Source of the DNA: a virus | IMG/VR virus record: IMGVR_UViG_3300045988_119411 | Direction: 5' to 3' (one strand) | DNA: 64,000 bases | Shown: positions 31,980 to 42,063 of the stretch, piece after piece | How positions within the stretch are numbered: position 1 is the first letter of the stretch | Layout of the letters: the number at the start of each line of letters is the position of its first letter | Program-made: the position numbers and the translations under genes | The notes under the pieces: model-generated | Seen by the model: only the letters and a program-made list of their open reading frames with translations | What the model was told of the DNA's origin: nothing | The model's database searches: none

Positions 31980-32251
31980 AGAATGGCATCTTCGAGGATG
32001 GCAACAAAGTCAAATACTCCGAAGAAGCCATCCGGAAGGCATGTGAAAAAGCGGATGGCCGGCCGATCGTGCAATTCGACAGAGATGGGAACCCGCTGGT
32101 GATTGGGATTGCTGAGCATGCGCAGTGGAATACGAAAGGCTTTGTGGAAGTGGAAGGTTTTCTGTTTGCCAGAGGAACCGAAGAGAAGGTCGATTTGAAT
32201 GAAAACGTGGTTACAGAAATGGAAATCGAGTCGTTTGGCGTCGCGCCATAA
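31931..32251 (+). CDS. hypothetical protein (106 aa)
   Basis: ORF track. Overlaps the upstream gene, so the start is uncertain. Confidence 0.45.
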   Translation: MRCDKIRIHAEIPVEIENGIFEDGNKVKYSEEAIRKACEKADGRPIVQFDRDGNPLVIGIAEHAQWNTKGFVEVEGFLFARGTEEKVDLNENVVTEMEIESFGVAP

Positions 32252-32264
32252 AAACGGGGATGGA

Positions 32265-32462
32265 ATGGCGCTACAAAACTATTATAATGCGCTTCTGGAA
32301 GAACGCTCAAGGTGGTCAGAGATATTTTATCAAACGAGCGATTATAACTTAAAAATCCGCATTTCATGGATGATTCAAGGATTGGAATTTGCAATTTCAA
32401 ATTTTCAAAAAGCATTTCCTGATATTGTCGAGTTGAATGAGAAGGATGGGAATAGAGAATGA
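32265..32462 (+). CDS. hypothetical protein (65 aa), low-GC
   Basis: ORF 32199..32462 trimmed to MALQNYYNALLEE. Confidence 0.4.
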   Translation: MALQNYYNALLEERSRWSEIFYQTSDYNLKIRISWMIQGLEFAISNFQKAFPDIVELNEKDGNRE

Positions 32463-32758
32463 AATGGATCAGCAATGCACCGGCGAGAAAGAATCCTGAA
32501 GAAGGAACGATTTATCGTTTGGATGCAACAATGGTTTCCATCCATCACTATGCTGGACTTGGAGAAAAGTGGTTTCTGACGTACAAACCATTGAACATTT
32601 CAATGCATGATCTTGGAACTGATGATTTTAGAGTGGCAAAAGAGAAATCGTATCTATATATCAAGAAGATATTTGAAGAGCAGCAGGAGGCAGTGACGCA
32701 TGCAATGCAAATGCTCTCAACTTCCTTGGGGGAAAAGGATGATTTTTCTTGGTATTGA
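32459..32758 (+). CDS. hypothetical protein (99 aa), low-GC
   Basis: ORF track. ATGA overlap with the upstream gene. Confidence 0.5.
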   Translation: MKWISNAPARKNPEEGTIYRLDATMVSIHHYAGLGEKWFLTYKPLNISMHDLGTDDFRVAKEKSYLYIKKIFEEQQEAVTHAMQMLSTSLGEKDDFSWY

Positions 32759-32766
32759 AATTTCTG

Positions 32767-32795
32767 TTGCATTTTTATTGGAAGTGTGGTATAAT
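32767..32795 (+). promoter_or_regulatory. strong sigmaA-type late-operon promoter
   Basis: TTGCAT-17 bp-TATAAT with a TGg extended -10. Confidence 0.7.
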
Positions 32796-32820
32796 CCGTT
32801 ACAAAGAATAGTGTGACTTC

Positions 32821-32872
32821 ACGCCGTTTCGGTGTATCTATCAAAGATACCGGAACGGCGTTTTTCGTTTTT
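32821..32872 (+). terminator. leader intrinsic terminator between the late promoter and terS
   Basis: About 17-bp stem ACGCCGTTTCGGTGTATCT...AGATACCGGAACGGCGT followed by TTTTTCGTTTTT. Confidence 0.7.
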
Positions 32873-32885
32873 CAGGGAGGAAACG

Positions 32886-33848
32886 ATGGAAGACCAGACA
32901 AACGAACTTCAGCAGCAGGAATATTATGTCGAGCTTGCAAAGAAGACCTCAGAGAGTCTGGCCTATTTTTATTGCTGCGTGAAATACGATGTCCCGTTTG
33001 CGCGGGACTGCGTGCCGCGCGACGAGGGCCGGGATAAATGGCTCTCTTACATTGACAATCTGCATATCAAAAAGCTGGACGTCAATAAGGCTGGGGAACC
33101 GTTTGGGTTTTTGGATGGACTGACCGACATCACAAAAATCTTCGGAGAAGGGCTGAAGGACGGAGAGTTTACCAAGGCCATCTATGCGGAGCAGAATGCA
33201 AGAACAGCGAGGTTTGGAACGCAGCGGCAGCGCAAGGACTGGGGCACAGGAAGCCCGGAGCGGCCGTTCACGAATGAGGATTTTGCGGAGTTCGACCGGA
33301 TCTACGCAATTCTGGTCTCTGATTATGGCGGAGAAAGCGCATTGAGCGCAAAACAGCAGCTCATTTTGCGAAATGTGACGATCTGGATGAAGCAGATGAA
33401 TGATGCATCGGCGGCCGGCAAGTTTGACATGGCAAAGAAGCTGTCCAGCCTGATTCAGGAAAACCTCGCAAGCGAAAATCTGCGGAAAAAGGACGTTCGG
33501 CCGGCAGACATTATCCGAGTCGATGAGATCACAGACCGGCTCGAAAAGGCGGGGCTCCTCAAAAACGGAAAGCAGTGCAGCCCAGATGAGATGTTTGAAT
33601 TTTTCTTTGGCCGTAAGCCGAGATACCAATACACAGCGGATGCCGTAGACCAGATGATCCTCATCAACGAAAATCGGATGCGGCAAAATGATGGGATGCC
33701 GGAGTTGAGTACGCTTCCGGATGAAATGAGAATCCACGATGATTTGGGCGAATTTGCACAGGAGCCAAACGAGGCGGAGAAGGAGGCTTATGAGAAATTG
33801 GGCCTGATTCGTATGCCGCCGCTGAAGAATCGTAAGGACGGAAAATAA
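32886..33848 (+). CDS. terS: putative terminase small subunit (by position)
   Basis: ORF 32832..33848 trimmed to MEDQTNELQ with a GGGAGGAAACG RBS. First late gene, directly upstream of terL. Confidence 0.45.
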   Translation: MEDQTNELQQQEYYVELAKKTSESLAYFYCCVKYDVPFARDCVPRDEGRDKWLSYIDNLHIKKLDVNKAGEPFGFLDGLTDITKIFGEGLKDGEFTKAIYAEQNARTARFGTQRQRKDWGTGSPERPFTNEDFAEFDRIYAILVSDYGGESALSAKQQLILRNVTIWMKQMNDASAAGKFDMAKKLSSLIQENLASENLRKKDVRPADIIRVDEITDRLEKAGLLKNGKQCSPDEMFEFFFGRKPRYQYTADAVDQMILINENRMRQNDGMPELSTLPDEMRIHDDLGEFAQEPNEAEKEAYEKLGLIRMPPLKNRKDGK

Positions 33849-33862
33849 GGCGGTGAATCTGG

Positions 33863-35713
33863 ATGGCGCGACGTGCTGGGAAGGCTTGGGCCCCCGGAGT
33901 TGGCTGGGTCAGCAAGCGCGAAGTTGAGCAGCGTGACTATTCTTCTTTTGAGTCGGAATGGTGGGCCTTCCTGATTTGGGTACTTCGCTGGTATCCGGAC
34001 AAAGGGTGCGACTTGCTCCGAGATGAGTCTGCTGACTATGCCAATGAGGAATTTATGCAGCGGCTTATGATGCGCTGCTATGCCAGATATGAAGATGTTG
34101 CGTTCACAGGAACGCGAGGAATTACAAAAACAAGTACAAAGTTCAAATATGAGCTGCTGAATGGGCTTGTGTGGCCGGGAACGCAGAGTGCATATTACGG
34201 TCCGTCGTATAAGCAGATGGCCGCGATCGGAAGCAAGCAGTTCAAACAGATTTCGCATGATTATCCTGCGATGACCAAGGGATGGAGAATCACGGCCGAG
34301 AGTAAGGATGACTTCAAAATCGAAACTGATCTTGGAAGTGCATTTTATATTTCGGCGTTCCGCGGCGATAACATCCATGCTGTGACAGCCGAAGAATTTG
34401 CACAGGAAGAGAATCCTGCTTTTGACTTTACGGAATATTCGACAATCGTTCTGCCGGCCGTGCGTTTGCGGCACAATGTAAACGGAAAACCGGACGAGAA
34501 CTTCGTCGCGTATAAAAACCACTCGATCACAAGCTCCGGGAGAAAACAGCATCCGTCGTTTCAGGTCCGATGCGATACGCTCAAAGAGATGAATCGCGGA
34601 GAGAGTGCCTTTGCTTATGATATGAGCTGGGAATGCGTCGTGCTTCAGCAGATGCGGCCGTATTCATGGGCGATGAAACTAAAGGCAAAGCTGACACCAG
34701 AGCGGTGGATGCGGGAGATGGAGAGTCGATACACCGGCGCGGACGAGAATCCGATCATCTCCGACGAAACGCTCTCAGAAAGCTGCTGTTTGATGACAAT
34801 GGAGCGGCAGCACTGCTGCAAATATCCGGGATGCAAAGTTGATCCCAATGATGTGACCTACATCGTCTGCTACGACGTTTCTTATGAGGATAACAAACGA
34901 AACGCGAAATGCGCCGTTGGCGTTTGGAAGCTGACGCGGCAGAGCGATTTTCTGAAGCGGGATAGATACCTAAAACAGCTGGTTTGGCTGGACGACTGGC
35001 CGCCGCCTGACAATGCGATGAAACAGGCTCGGATGCTCAAGGATGTTTGGTATCGGTTCTGCTTTGACGGTGGAAACACGACTTATATTGCAATAGACGG
35101 ATGGCAGTACGGCAAGGCGGTCATTGAAGATCTTATGAAGGATCTTGGAGATGGGCTGCCTCCACTCTGCATCATGGACCACACAGAGTATATGGCCCTA
35201 GAATTGGACGGCGCGCTTCCAATCATCTATCCGATCAAGGCCGGCGGCACAGGCGTCACAGACCCGGACGCAGAAATGATCCGCTATGCGCAGATCCAAT
35301 TTGACAACCACAACGTTCAGCTGCTGACGATGAATACCCGCGACGGCGTGGAAGCATATAAGCGGCTGCACAAGATCAAAGAGGACGATATGGATTATCG
35401 CATTGCGCGTCCGTATCAAAAGACGAGAGAGCTTTCGGCGCAGATCCAGAACCTGAAGGCCGTTCCGAGCGGCGCTGGGTTCAGCGAGAAGCGCATCTCA
35501 AGAGCAATCCAGCGAGACAGTTGGTCAGCCATCAAATATGGCCTGCGGCTGGCACAGAAGTTGGAAAAGCAGCTTGCAATCGAGTCTGCCAGAAAAAAGA
35601 GCGACTGGGACTCGATTCTGGCGAAATACAAAGGGAAGCCGTTGACCTCCAGTGCCGGAAGAAGCGCAGGAGGAAGAATTGCGGTGGGACGCCGGGGAGG
35701 GCGCTTATACTGA
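33863..35713 (+). CDS. terL: terminase large subunit
   Basis: Walker-A-like FTGTRGITKTS. 616 aa. Sits between terS and portal. Confidence 0.8.
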   Translation: MARRAGKAWAPGVGWVSKREVEQRDYSSFESEWWAFLIWVLRWYPDKGCDLLRDESADYANEEFMQRLMMRCYARYEDVAFTGTRGITKTSTKFKYELLNGLVWPGTQSAYYGPSYKQMAAIGSKQFKQISHDYPAMTKGWRITAESKDDFKIETDLGSAFYISAFRGDNIHAVTAEEFAQEENPAFDFTEYSTIVLPAVRLRHNVNGKPDENFVAYKNHSITSSGRKQHPSFQVRCDTLKEMNRGESAFAYDMSWECVVLQQMRPYSWAMKLKAKLTPERWMREMESRYTGADENPIISDETLSESCCLMTMERQHCCKYPGCKVDPNDVTYIVCYDVSYEDNKRNAKCAVGVWKLTRQSDFLKRDRYLKQLVWLDDWPPPDNAMKQARMLKDVWYRFCFDGGNTTYIAIDGWQYGKAVIEDLMKDLGDGLPPLCIMDHTEYMALELDGALPIIYPIKAGGTGVTDPDAEMIRYAQIQFDNHNVQLLTMNTRDGVEAYKRLHKIKEDDMDYRIARPYQKTRELSAQIQNLKAVPSGAGFSEKRISRAIQRDSWSAIKYGLRLAQKLEKQLAIESARKKSDWDSILAKYKGKPLTSSAGRSAGGRIAVGRRGGRLY

Positions 35714-36111
35714 TGGAAGAGCAGAAGGAGACGGCCGTATATCGGCTTTATGCGTTGAACCTGACGCAGGAAAACATTGGGCTGGCGTTGGAACAACGAT
35801 TCAGTCGAATCGCATCAGGTTATATTCTCATCTATACGTCTGGAGAGGCACCGAAAAAGAGTGTTGAGATCAACGGCAAGGAGATTCGGCGGCTGACAAA
35901 GGCTGACGAAGAATGGATCATGGAATGTGCGGCGAATCTTCTGCGGGAGCGGATAAAGAAAGAGGAGCCGAAGACGATGGAACGTCTCAGCAGCATGGTA
36001 GATCAGCTTGCAGAAGCGTTGGACGCGGAACGTGTAAAGTTGACACAGGAGAAGAAGGGGGAAAAGACGGATGGCGATACCGACAGAGGAGCTGCGGAAG
36101 GCGCAGTATGA
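35713..36111 (+). CDS. hypothetical protein (132 aa)
   Basis: ORF 35521..36111 trimmed to MEEQKETAVYRL. Its ATG overlaps the terL TGA. Confidence 0.45.
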   Translation: MEEQKETAVYRLYALNLTQENIGLALEQRFSRIASGYILIYTSGEAPKKSVEINGKEIRRLTKADEEWIMECAANLLRERIKKEEPKTMERLSSMVDQLAEALDAERVKLTQEKKGEKTDGDTDRGAAEGAV

Positions 36112-37822
36112 GTCTTTTCCGGAAATCTTCAAGCGATTCAGGACACTGGCACAGGAAAACGGCGGGATGCCGCTTGGCAGTCTCATTTCTGCATTTTCTG
36201 GGATCAACAGTGGACGCTATGGGCTGGCAAACCCATACATTCAAAACCGCCGCGTAAAGAAAATTTCGTCACTCCCGGAGGATTACTCCAAGGATGATGT
36301 GGCGCAGATGCTCACCAAGCCGTATGAAAGCGAAATGCAGCTCCGGCAAGTGGCGCACATTCTGGAATATACAGCATATCCGTTTTTCCACATTCGGAAA
36401 AGCTATCAAAATATGCTGACCTATCACAGCTACATTGCGCCGAACCTCGTTTCTAAAGAGGATGCGGGGAAAGACGATTTCATGCGGGAGTGGACGTTGG
36501 CAGAAAAGCTGCGAACGGAGTTCCGACCGAAAGAGCTGGCGCATCAGATTGTCGGGCAGACCGGCGCAGAGGGAAAGGTCTTCTACTACCCTCGATACAG
36601 CGTGGACAAGAGCCACAACAAGGTCAATTACGCATTTGCCCAGCAGCTCCCGAGCGATTGGGTGAAGATTACGGGATTCAACAACGTCTCGAAGTACACC
36701 ATCGCATTCAATATGATGTACTTCCTCCAGCCGGGATGCGTTCCGGAACAGTTTGGAGATCTCTTCCGACCGTATCTGTACGATTTTGCACAGGTGGTCG
36801 GGAAACCGAAAGGAACCGGTTCATCGGTGGTATTTGCGAGACGGCTCGTCGATATGGAGCGGTTCAACCTGATCCAATCGAATGGGCCGATGGCAGGAAC
36901 ACCGGATGTCTATTATCAGAATGGGCGCTGGTATTACTGGGTCTATCTTCCGCCCGAGGAAGTATTTCCGTTTGAAGCGGATGACGTGAGCCGCGCGGTG
37001 ATCTCTCCGTTCTCCGGTTTGTTTTTGAGTATGATTCAGCTGGCGCAGATGGAACAGATCCAGTTGGAGCTGATCCAGAATCCGCTCGTAAGCCTGCTGC
37101 ATGGCGAGATCCCGTACAGGGATGATGAAAACGCATCCTCAGACGACCAATACCGGCTGAGCAATGCAGGAATCCTGCTGTTTCAGGCAATGTGGTATGA
37201 CATGATGCGGGAGAACAACACATCCGGAATTGGTCTCTATATGGCGCCACTGGAGAACATGAAGCTCGAAAGCCTGTCTGAGGCGCCAAGCGCGATGGAC
37301 ATTGTGAAGCAGGGCTACAGCGATACGATCAATCAGGCCGGCCTCGGTGCGATCATGCCGATCGACTCTGACGCGAAGGCGGCTACCGCACAAATCTCCT
37401 TGCAGATCGAAAGTAAGTTCATGCAGACAGTCTATCGGGATTTCGAACGGATGATGAACACCATTCTGAGGCGGCTGAACCTCAAATATGAGTGGAAATT
37501 CGTGATGTTTGGTGACATTGCCGAGGATGAAAAGATGCTCGACCGGTGTATGAAGGGCATGGAGCACGGAATTTTGCCGGATGCGATCCTCTATAATGCG
37601 TTGTTGGACCGGTCGATTCTGGATGATATTTCGCTCTCGGAAGTGGTTTACAAGAGCGGAATTTTGGACAGGCGCATCCCTCTGGTGACGAGCTACAACA
37701 TGAAACAGGAATCCTCTGGACTTCCGCCGCAGAACACGGGGAGACCGAAGGGAGACGGAAACGTCACCACAGATGGCACAGAGGCGATGGTTGACACTTA
37801 CGGGGACACGAACCCGGTCTGA
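36071..37822 (+). CDS. portal protein (by size and position)
   Basis: 583 aa, immediately after the terminase genes. Confidence 0.65.
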   Translation: MAIPTEELRKAQYESFPEIFKRFRTLAQENGGMPLGSLISAFSGINSGRYGLANPYIQNRRVKKISSLPEDYSKDDVAQMLTKPYESEMQLRQVAHILEYTAYPFFHIRKSYQNMLTYHSYIAPNLVSKEDAGKDDFMREWTLAEKLRTEFRPKELAHQIVGQTGAEGKVFYYPRYSVDKSHNKVNYAFAQQLPSDWVKITGFNNVSKYTIAFNMMYFLQPGCVPEQFGDLFRPYLYDFAQVVGKPKGTGSSVVFARRLVDMERFNLIQSNGPMAGTPDVYYQNGRWYYWVYLPPEEVFPFEADDVSRAVISPFSGLFLSMIQLAQMEQIQLELIQNPLVSLLHGEIPYRDDENASSDDQYRLSNAGILLFQAMWYDMMRENNTSGIGLYMAPLENMKLESLSEAPSAMDIVKQGYSDTINQAGLGAIMPIDSDAKAATAQISLQIESKFMQTVYRDFERMMNTILRRLNLKYEWKFVMFGDIAEDEKMLDRCMKGMEHGILPDAILYNALLDRSILDDISLSEVVYKSGILDRRIPLVTSYNMKQESSGLPPQNTGRPKGDGNVTTDGTEAMVDTYGDTNPV

Positions 37823-37839
37823 CGGATGGAGAACGTGAA

Positions 37840-37992
37840 ATGACAGAGTTTGTAAAAGCGGATGATCTGAGGGTCATCAATAAGGCGCTCAGTGAGGAAA
37901 AGGACGTGCGAATCCAGCGGACGCGGGACGGATACCGCATCGTGGAGGACACGGTTCGGGTGCTGAAAAAGAGCGCGATTCTTGAAAAATGA
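37840..37992 (+). CDS. small hypothetical protein (50 aa)
   Basis: Below the ORF-track cutoff. MTEFVKADDLRVINKALSEEKDVRIQRTRDGYRIVEDTVRVLKKSAILEK. Confidence 0.4.
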   Translation: MTEFVKADDLRVINKALSEEKDVRIQRTRDGYRIVEDTVRVLKKSAILEK

Positions 37993-38099
37993 CTCCTACC
38001 AAGCCGAAGGCTTGCGCTGGATGCGCGGGGTATTGAAGTAGGCGCGGCGGGAGAATATAGAAAATCTTGCGGCGAAAGGGCGCTGCAAAAGGGCTGAAG

Positions 38100-38147
38100 A
38101 GAGCCAACTGACTACGATTTATAGTCGGTTGGCTCTTTTTTGTTTTG
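38100..38147 (+). terminator. strong intrinsic terminator inside the late operon
   Basis: 15-bp stem AGAGCCAACTGACTA...TAGTCGGTTGGCTCT followed by TTTTTTGTTTT. Confidence 0.75.
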
Positions 38148-38162
38148 AAAGGAGATGCGGCC

Positions 38163-38696
38163 ATGGCACGGCTGAGAGATCGAATGAACTTTGAAAACGG
38201 CGCACTGGCTGCGGTGCGCGACGCGGCGCGGGACGCGACCGGCGCCTATCAGGATGCGGCACGTGGGCTGGATACGCTGAAAGAGCGTGTCTTGATCGAA
38301 TTTGGGATGCCCAAGACGGCGGAAGTGATCCACCGACTGGCACATGAGCAGCCGAAACGGTTCGACACCGTTGGAGACATTCTGCATCAGCGGCATATCC
38401 TGCAGATCTACCCGGAGACTGCGGAATATGAAGGACGGCCGGATGATCTGGACGGCGTATTTGAAGCGATCATCGATTTGCTTCAGCGCATTGAAGATAA
38501 GCTCCGCATCTGCGTCCGTGTATGCGATGAAAACGGCCTTTTCCCATTGGGACGGCAGTTTGAAACCCTCCAGATGGAGAACAGCGAGAGCTACCAAAAA
38601 TTCCTCTACGCATGGCAGATGAGTTCGGAGCACGAGATGAGCGCAACGAGCTTTGAGGGATGGATCGAAGAACTCTTTGAAGAGGACGGTGATTGA
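38163..38696 (+). CDS. hypothetical virion-module protein (177 aa)
   Basis: ORF 38145..38696 trimmed to MARLRDRMNF with a GAAAGGAGATG RBS. Confidence 0.55.
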   Translation: MARLRDRMNFENGALAAVRDAARDATGAYQDAARGLDTLKERVLIEFGMPKTAEVIHRLAHEQPKRFDTVGDILHQRHILQIYPETAEYEGRPDDLDGVFEAIIDLLQRIEDKLRICVRVCDENGLFPLGRQFETLQMENSESYQKFLYAWQMSSEHEMSATSFEGWIEELFEEDGD

Positions 38697-38697
38697 G

Positions 38698-40101
38698 ATG
38701 CCGGTGAAAGGAAGGACGCGGAGCCTCGGAACAGGGCAACTGCGTGTGCTTCAAAAGCTGAACCCCTATGAGTTTGGCGTGGAGCTCTGGCTGATGCGGG
38801 ATGGACCGAACGATAACCACTGGAACTATCAAAACCTCGAAAAATACTACCTGACGTTTGTTGGCCGGCCGATCCTGATCGCATACGTGATGGGAAAAAT
38901 CGGCGATGGGCACAACTCCAGAGTAAAAATCGATTTCAGGACTGGAGAAGAGTATCAGTCCTATACCGATGGGACAGCGGAGCGCATTGTCGGTACGCTG
39001 TCGGATGACAAAAATGACTTTTCCCTCCGGGAGAGGGATGGCCATACATGGATCGTGGCGAAAGGAAAGCTTTTTGCGTTCTACGCCAAGGAGACTGTGG
39101 ATGAGATCGTGCGAACAGGGCGCATGGACGTATCCGTGGAAACCATGACGGACGAGGAACACCAAGACGGAGAAATTACCGTTTTTGACGTCTGGGAGGG
39201 CCTCGGCGTGACGATCCTTGGGGCGGGCGTTGCTCCGGCAATTCCGGGGGCCAACATCGCTCGACTTGCCGCGATGAACGATGAGTTTAAGGCATTGAAG
39301 CTCAGAGCGGCATCTTTGCAGAAGGCCCCGGACAGCAACGACCCCAATTTTGGGAAGAAAACTCAAAAAGGAGTGAGAAATTTGGACATCTTCAACAAGA
39401 GACAGCTGGCAACGCTGAGCGCTCGTTTTGAGGGTTATACGGTTCTCTCCGCCGCGAAGAACAAGGATGGCAAGATCTTTGTCTGCCTGATGGCGAAGGA
39501 CGGCGGCTTCAAGTCCTACGTGATGGAAAACGAAGCCGAAACGATTGCCCCGGAACGGCTCCAGAGCATGACGGTAAATGCCGCGATGAAGTTTGGAGAC
39601 GAAGAGTGCGCAGAAATGGACGTTCAGGACTTCATGGAGTGCGTAAACGGCGAAACGAGAACGCGCATGACGGAAGCGGAAGACAAAGTCGCTACGCTGG
39701 AATCGAAGCTCGAACAGGCGAACAATCAGCTCAATGCAATGCAGGAGTTTGAGAACAAGCGTCGGCTGAACGCCGCGAAGGCGAAGGCCACTGAGGTTCT
39801 GGCTCGATTCAATGCGAGCCGCGCGGAAAAGGTTGCGGAGTCGGCCATTTCGGCAATCCTCGGTGACATTGATGGCGGCCTTTATACCAACAGCGTGGAC
39901 AAGGACGGCAACTGGATCGGCGAGAAGCAGGTTTCGGATGCGGTTTACGCAGTCTGCGGCAAGGCCGTTGAGGAAATGGACGCTGCGGCCGCACAGAAGA
40001 ACCGGAAGGTCTTCTCGTGGGACAAGTTCCAGACGAACGAAAAGCACGACGACGGCTCCGTGTCCGGTCTGCTTGCAAGCTGGGGCATTGACGCTCAGTA
40101 A
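38698..40101 (+). CDS. putative prohead protease/scaffold fusion protein
   Basis: ORF 38653..40101 trimmed to MPVKGRTRSLG. Globular N-terminal half, then a long coiled-coil C-terminal half. Sits just before the capsid gene. Confidence 0.45.
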   Translation: MPVKGRTRSLGTGQLRVLQKLNPYEFGVELWLMRDGPNDNHWNYQNLEKYYLTFVGRPILIAYVMGKIGDGHNSRVKIDFRTGEEYQSYTDGTAERIVGTLSDDKNDFSLRERDGHTWIVAKGKLFAFYAKETVDEIVRTGRMDVSVETMTDEEHQDGEITVFDVWEGLGVTILGAGVAPAIPGANIARLAAMNDEFKALKLRAASLQKAPDSNDPNFGKKTQKGVRNLDIFNKRQLATLSARFEGYTVLSAAKNKDGKIFVCLMAKDGGFKSYVMENEAETIAPERLQSMTVNAAMKFGDEECAEMDVQDFMECVNGETRTRMTEAEDKVATLESKLEQANNQLNAMQEFENKRRLNAAKAKATEVLARFNASRAEKVAESAISAILGDIDGGLYTNSVDKDGNWIGEKQVSDAVYAVCGKAVEEMDAAAAQKNRKVFSWDKFQTNEKHDDGSVSGLLASWGIDAQ

Positions 40102-40121
40102 GAAAAGGAGAGTGAAACAAG

Positions 40122-40724
40122 ATGTTTATCGAAAAAACCGCGTTTGAACCGCGGATCACGAACAACAGAAACGACGATCTCTGCAACATCACCGGACGGT
40201 ATCAGGAGAGCGGCGCGGATGCGGACTGCTCGGCCGGTATCCTCTGCGTGCGCGGAGAGAATTTGCCGTGCGCGGGATTTCCCAATGTGAAGAACGAAAA
40301 TGCGTTCTACATGGAAGCTGCTGGCGCGAACGCCAATGCGGCGACTGGGATCTACGCCTGCAACACCTATGAGACGCAGATGCTCGCAGGCCGGCACGGC
40401 AACGCCTACTACATCGGAACGGAAACCCTCGGCCTCGGCATTCCGGCTGGCCGTGACGGCACGTTCACCGAGATCGTTTTCAACGGCAAAACGACTTACC
40501 GTTTCGGTATCGGCAACCTGTCTGCAGAGCTTGGCAGCAACAAGTTCTTCACGATCGCAAACGGCATGCTGGTCCCCGCGGCTGCGGCCCCGACCGGCAA
40601 CGGCGCGATCTATTTTGAGCTGAAAGACCCCGGCACCGGAAACTTCACCGAGGGTACGACCAGCAGCTTCGAATACATTGATGTATTCGCAAAAACGGTC
40701 GTCTCCGCCGTGGCGGCCGGCTAA
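40122..40724 (+). CDS. hypothetical head-module protein (200 aa)
   Basis: ORF track. AAAGGAGAGTGAAA RBS. Confidence 0.55.
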   Translation: MFIEKTAFEPRITNNRNDDLCNITGRYQESGADADCSAGILCVRGENLPCAGFPNVKNENAFYMEAAGANANAATGIYACNTYETQMLAGRHGNAYYIGTETLGLGIPAGRDGTFTEIVFNGKTTYRFGIGNLSAELGSNKFFTIANGMLVPAAAAPTGNGAIYFELKDPGTGNFTEGTTSSFEYIDVFAKTVVSAVAAG

Positions 40725-40744
40725 TCAGGAAGGAGTGAATTGAA

Positions 40745-41983
40745 ATGTCGAAACTTTCTTTGAACAGCGTTTCTCCGTCCGTGTTTCAGGTGAACGCTGA
40801 GAGCGGCAGCGGCATCGCCAGACAGCGAGCAGACGTCGTTGCAAAGGGCCGGATGCTCTTCTTCGAGCACTCTGCCAAGGGCAAGAACGCCATGAACGCG
40901 GCCAGAGGCAGTACCGAGCGCGTGGCGAGCCTGATGAACGCCAACGCCTACAAGCAGCTCAACGAGCAGTTCCAGGCGGAACATCTGCTGTTTGCGGCGA
41001 AGGTCTGCTGCGCGCAGAACGGCGCTGTGGCTCCTGACAACTTTGCCGATTTCCGCCGTCAGGGCCGGAACTTCTACAACAACAAGCAGTTCTACGCCGT
41101 GCTTCAGGGCATTTATCAGGAAATCGTGACGCCGATCATCCCGGCAACCTATTCTGAGGCCGTGGACATGTTTGCAGACACCGTGGAAGTTGGATTCGGC
41201 ACGACCGAGACCATTTCCATCAGTTCCAACGACATTCCTATCTTCCAGGATTCCTCTTGGGGTGCAAGCCGCAGTGTGCCGCGAAACCGGTTCTATTCCA
41301 AGGACTACACGCTGAATCCGCAGCCGAAGACCGCACAGATCAATGCGAAGTGGCATCAGCTGGTTGGCAACAATCAGGACTTCGGCGCCTTCTTTGCCAA
41401 CATCGTGGCTGGCATGTATGCCAAGACCATGGGCATGTGGAATGAGGCGATGACCATTGCGGCGGCTGACACCAGTCTCGTCCCCACGGATCTGAACTAT
41501 GTTTTCAATAGCCAGAACTGGATGAAGGCCGCAAACAAGCTGTCTGCGCTGAACAACATCGGCATCAACGGCCTGTTTTCGACCGGCAGCATGGTTCCGC
41601 TGTCGAAGGTGCTGCCGACCGAGGCAACCGGCACCACCAACGTCAACATGGATGCTGCGCTGGCGACGCTGCTCGGCGACCGCTACAACCGCGCGGGCTA
41701 TCTCGGTGAGTTTATGAGCGTGCCGCTGCTGCCGCTCCGCGATGCAATCGTCCCCGGTACGCAGAACACCAATCCGCAGACGATCCTCGGCGAAAACGAC
41801 ATTTGGATGATGGCATCCAACCGCCGGAAGCCGATGACCATTGCGTACACCGCTGAGACCCCGATCTCCATTGAGATCGATCCCGTTCGGGATTCCGCGG
41901 ACTTTGAAATGGCCCTCAACCTGACCATTGCAATCGACGCTGTGGCGACTTTTGCCAGCAAGATCGCGCACTTCACAATCTAA
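40745..41983 (+). CDS. major capsid protein (by size and position)
   Basis: 412 aa. GGAAGGAGTGAA RBS. Followed by strong hairpins. Confidence 0.6.
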   Translation: MSKLSLNSVSPSVFQVNAESGSGIARQRADVVAKGRMLFFEHSAKGKNAMNAARGSTERVASLMNANAYKQLNEQFQAEHLLFAAKVCCAQNGAVAPDNFADFRRQGRNFYNNKQFYAVLQGIYQEIVTPIIPATYSEAVDMFADTVEVGFGTTETISISSNDIPIFQDSSWGASRSVPRNRFYSKDYTLNPQPKTAQINAKWHQLVGNNQDFGAFFANIVAGMYAKTMGMWNEAMTIAAADTSLVPTDLNYVFNSQNWMKAANKLSALNNIGINGLFSTGSMVPLSKVLPTEATGTTNVNMDAALATLLGDRYNRAGYLGEFMSVPLLPLRDAIVPGTQNTNPQTILGENDIWMMASNRRKPMTIAYTAETPISIEIDPVRDSADFEMALNLTIAIDAVATFASKIAHFTI

Positions 41984-41995
41984 GGATGGGACACG

Positions 41996-42063
41996 CTGCG
42001 TGAAACTCACGCAGATGTTATAGGCGTGCTCCGTGGGGAGGGTTTACCTCCGGCCCTCCCCAC
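41996..42063 (+). other. two GC-rich hairpins after the capsid gene (no T-run)
   Basis: CTGCGTGA-aac-TCACGCAG and GTGGGGAGGG-(11 nt)-CCCTCCCCAC. Confidence 0.5.

Noticed and set aside
38470-42010. Long minus-strand ORFs (38470..40047, 525 aa; 40721..42010, 429 aa) opposite the scaffold and capsid genes
   Set aside because: These are shadow ORFs with Arg/His/Leu-rich junk composition and no RBS. The plus-strand genes form a coherent late operon.
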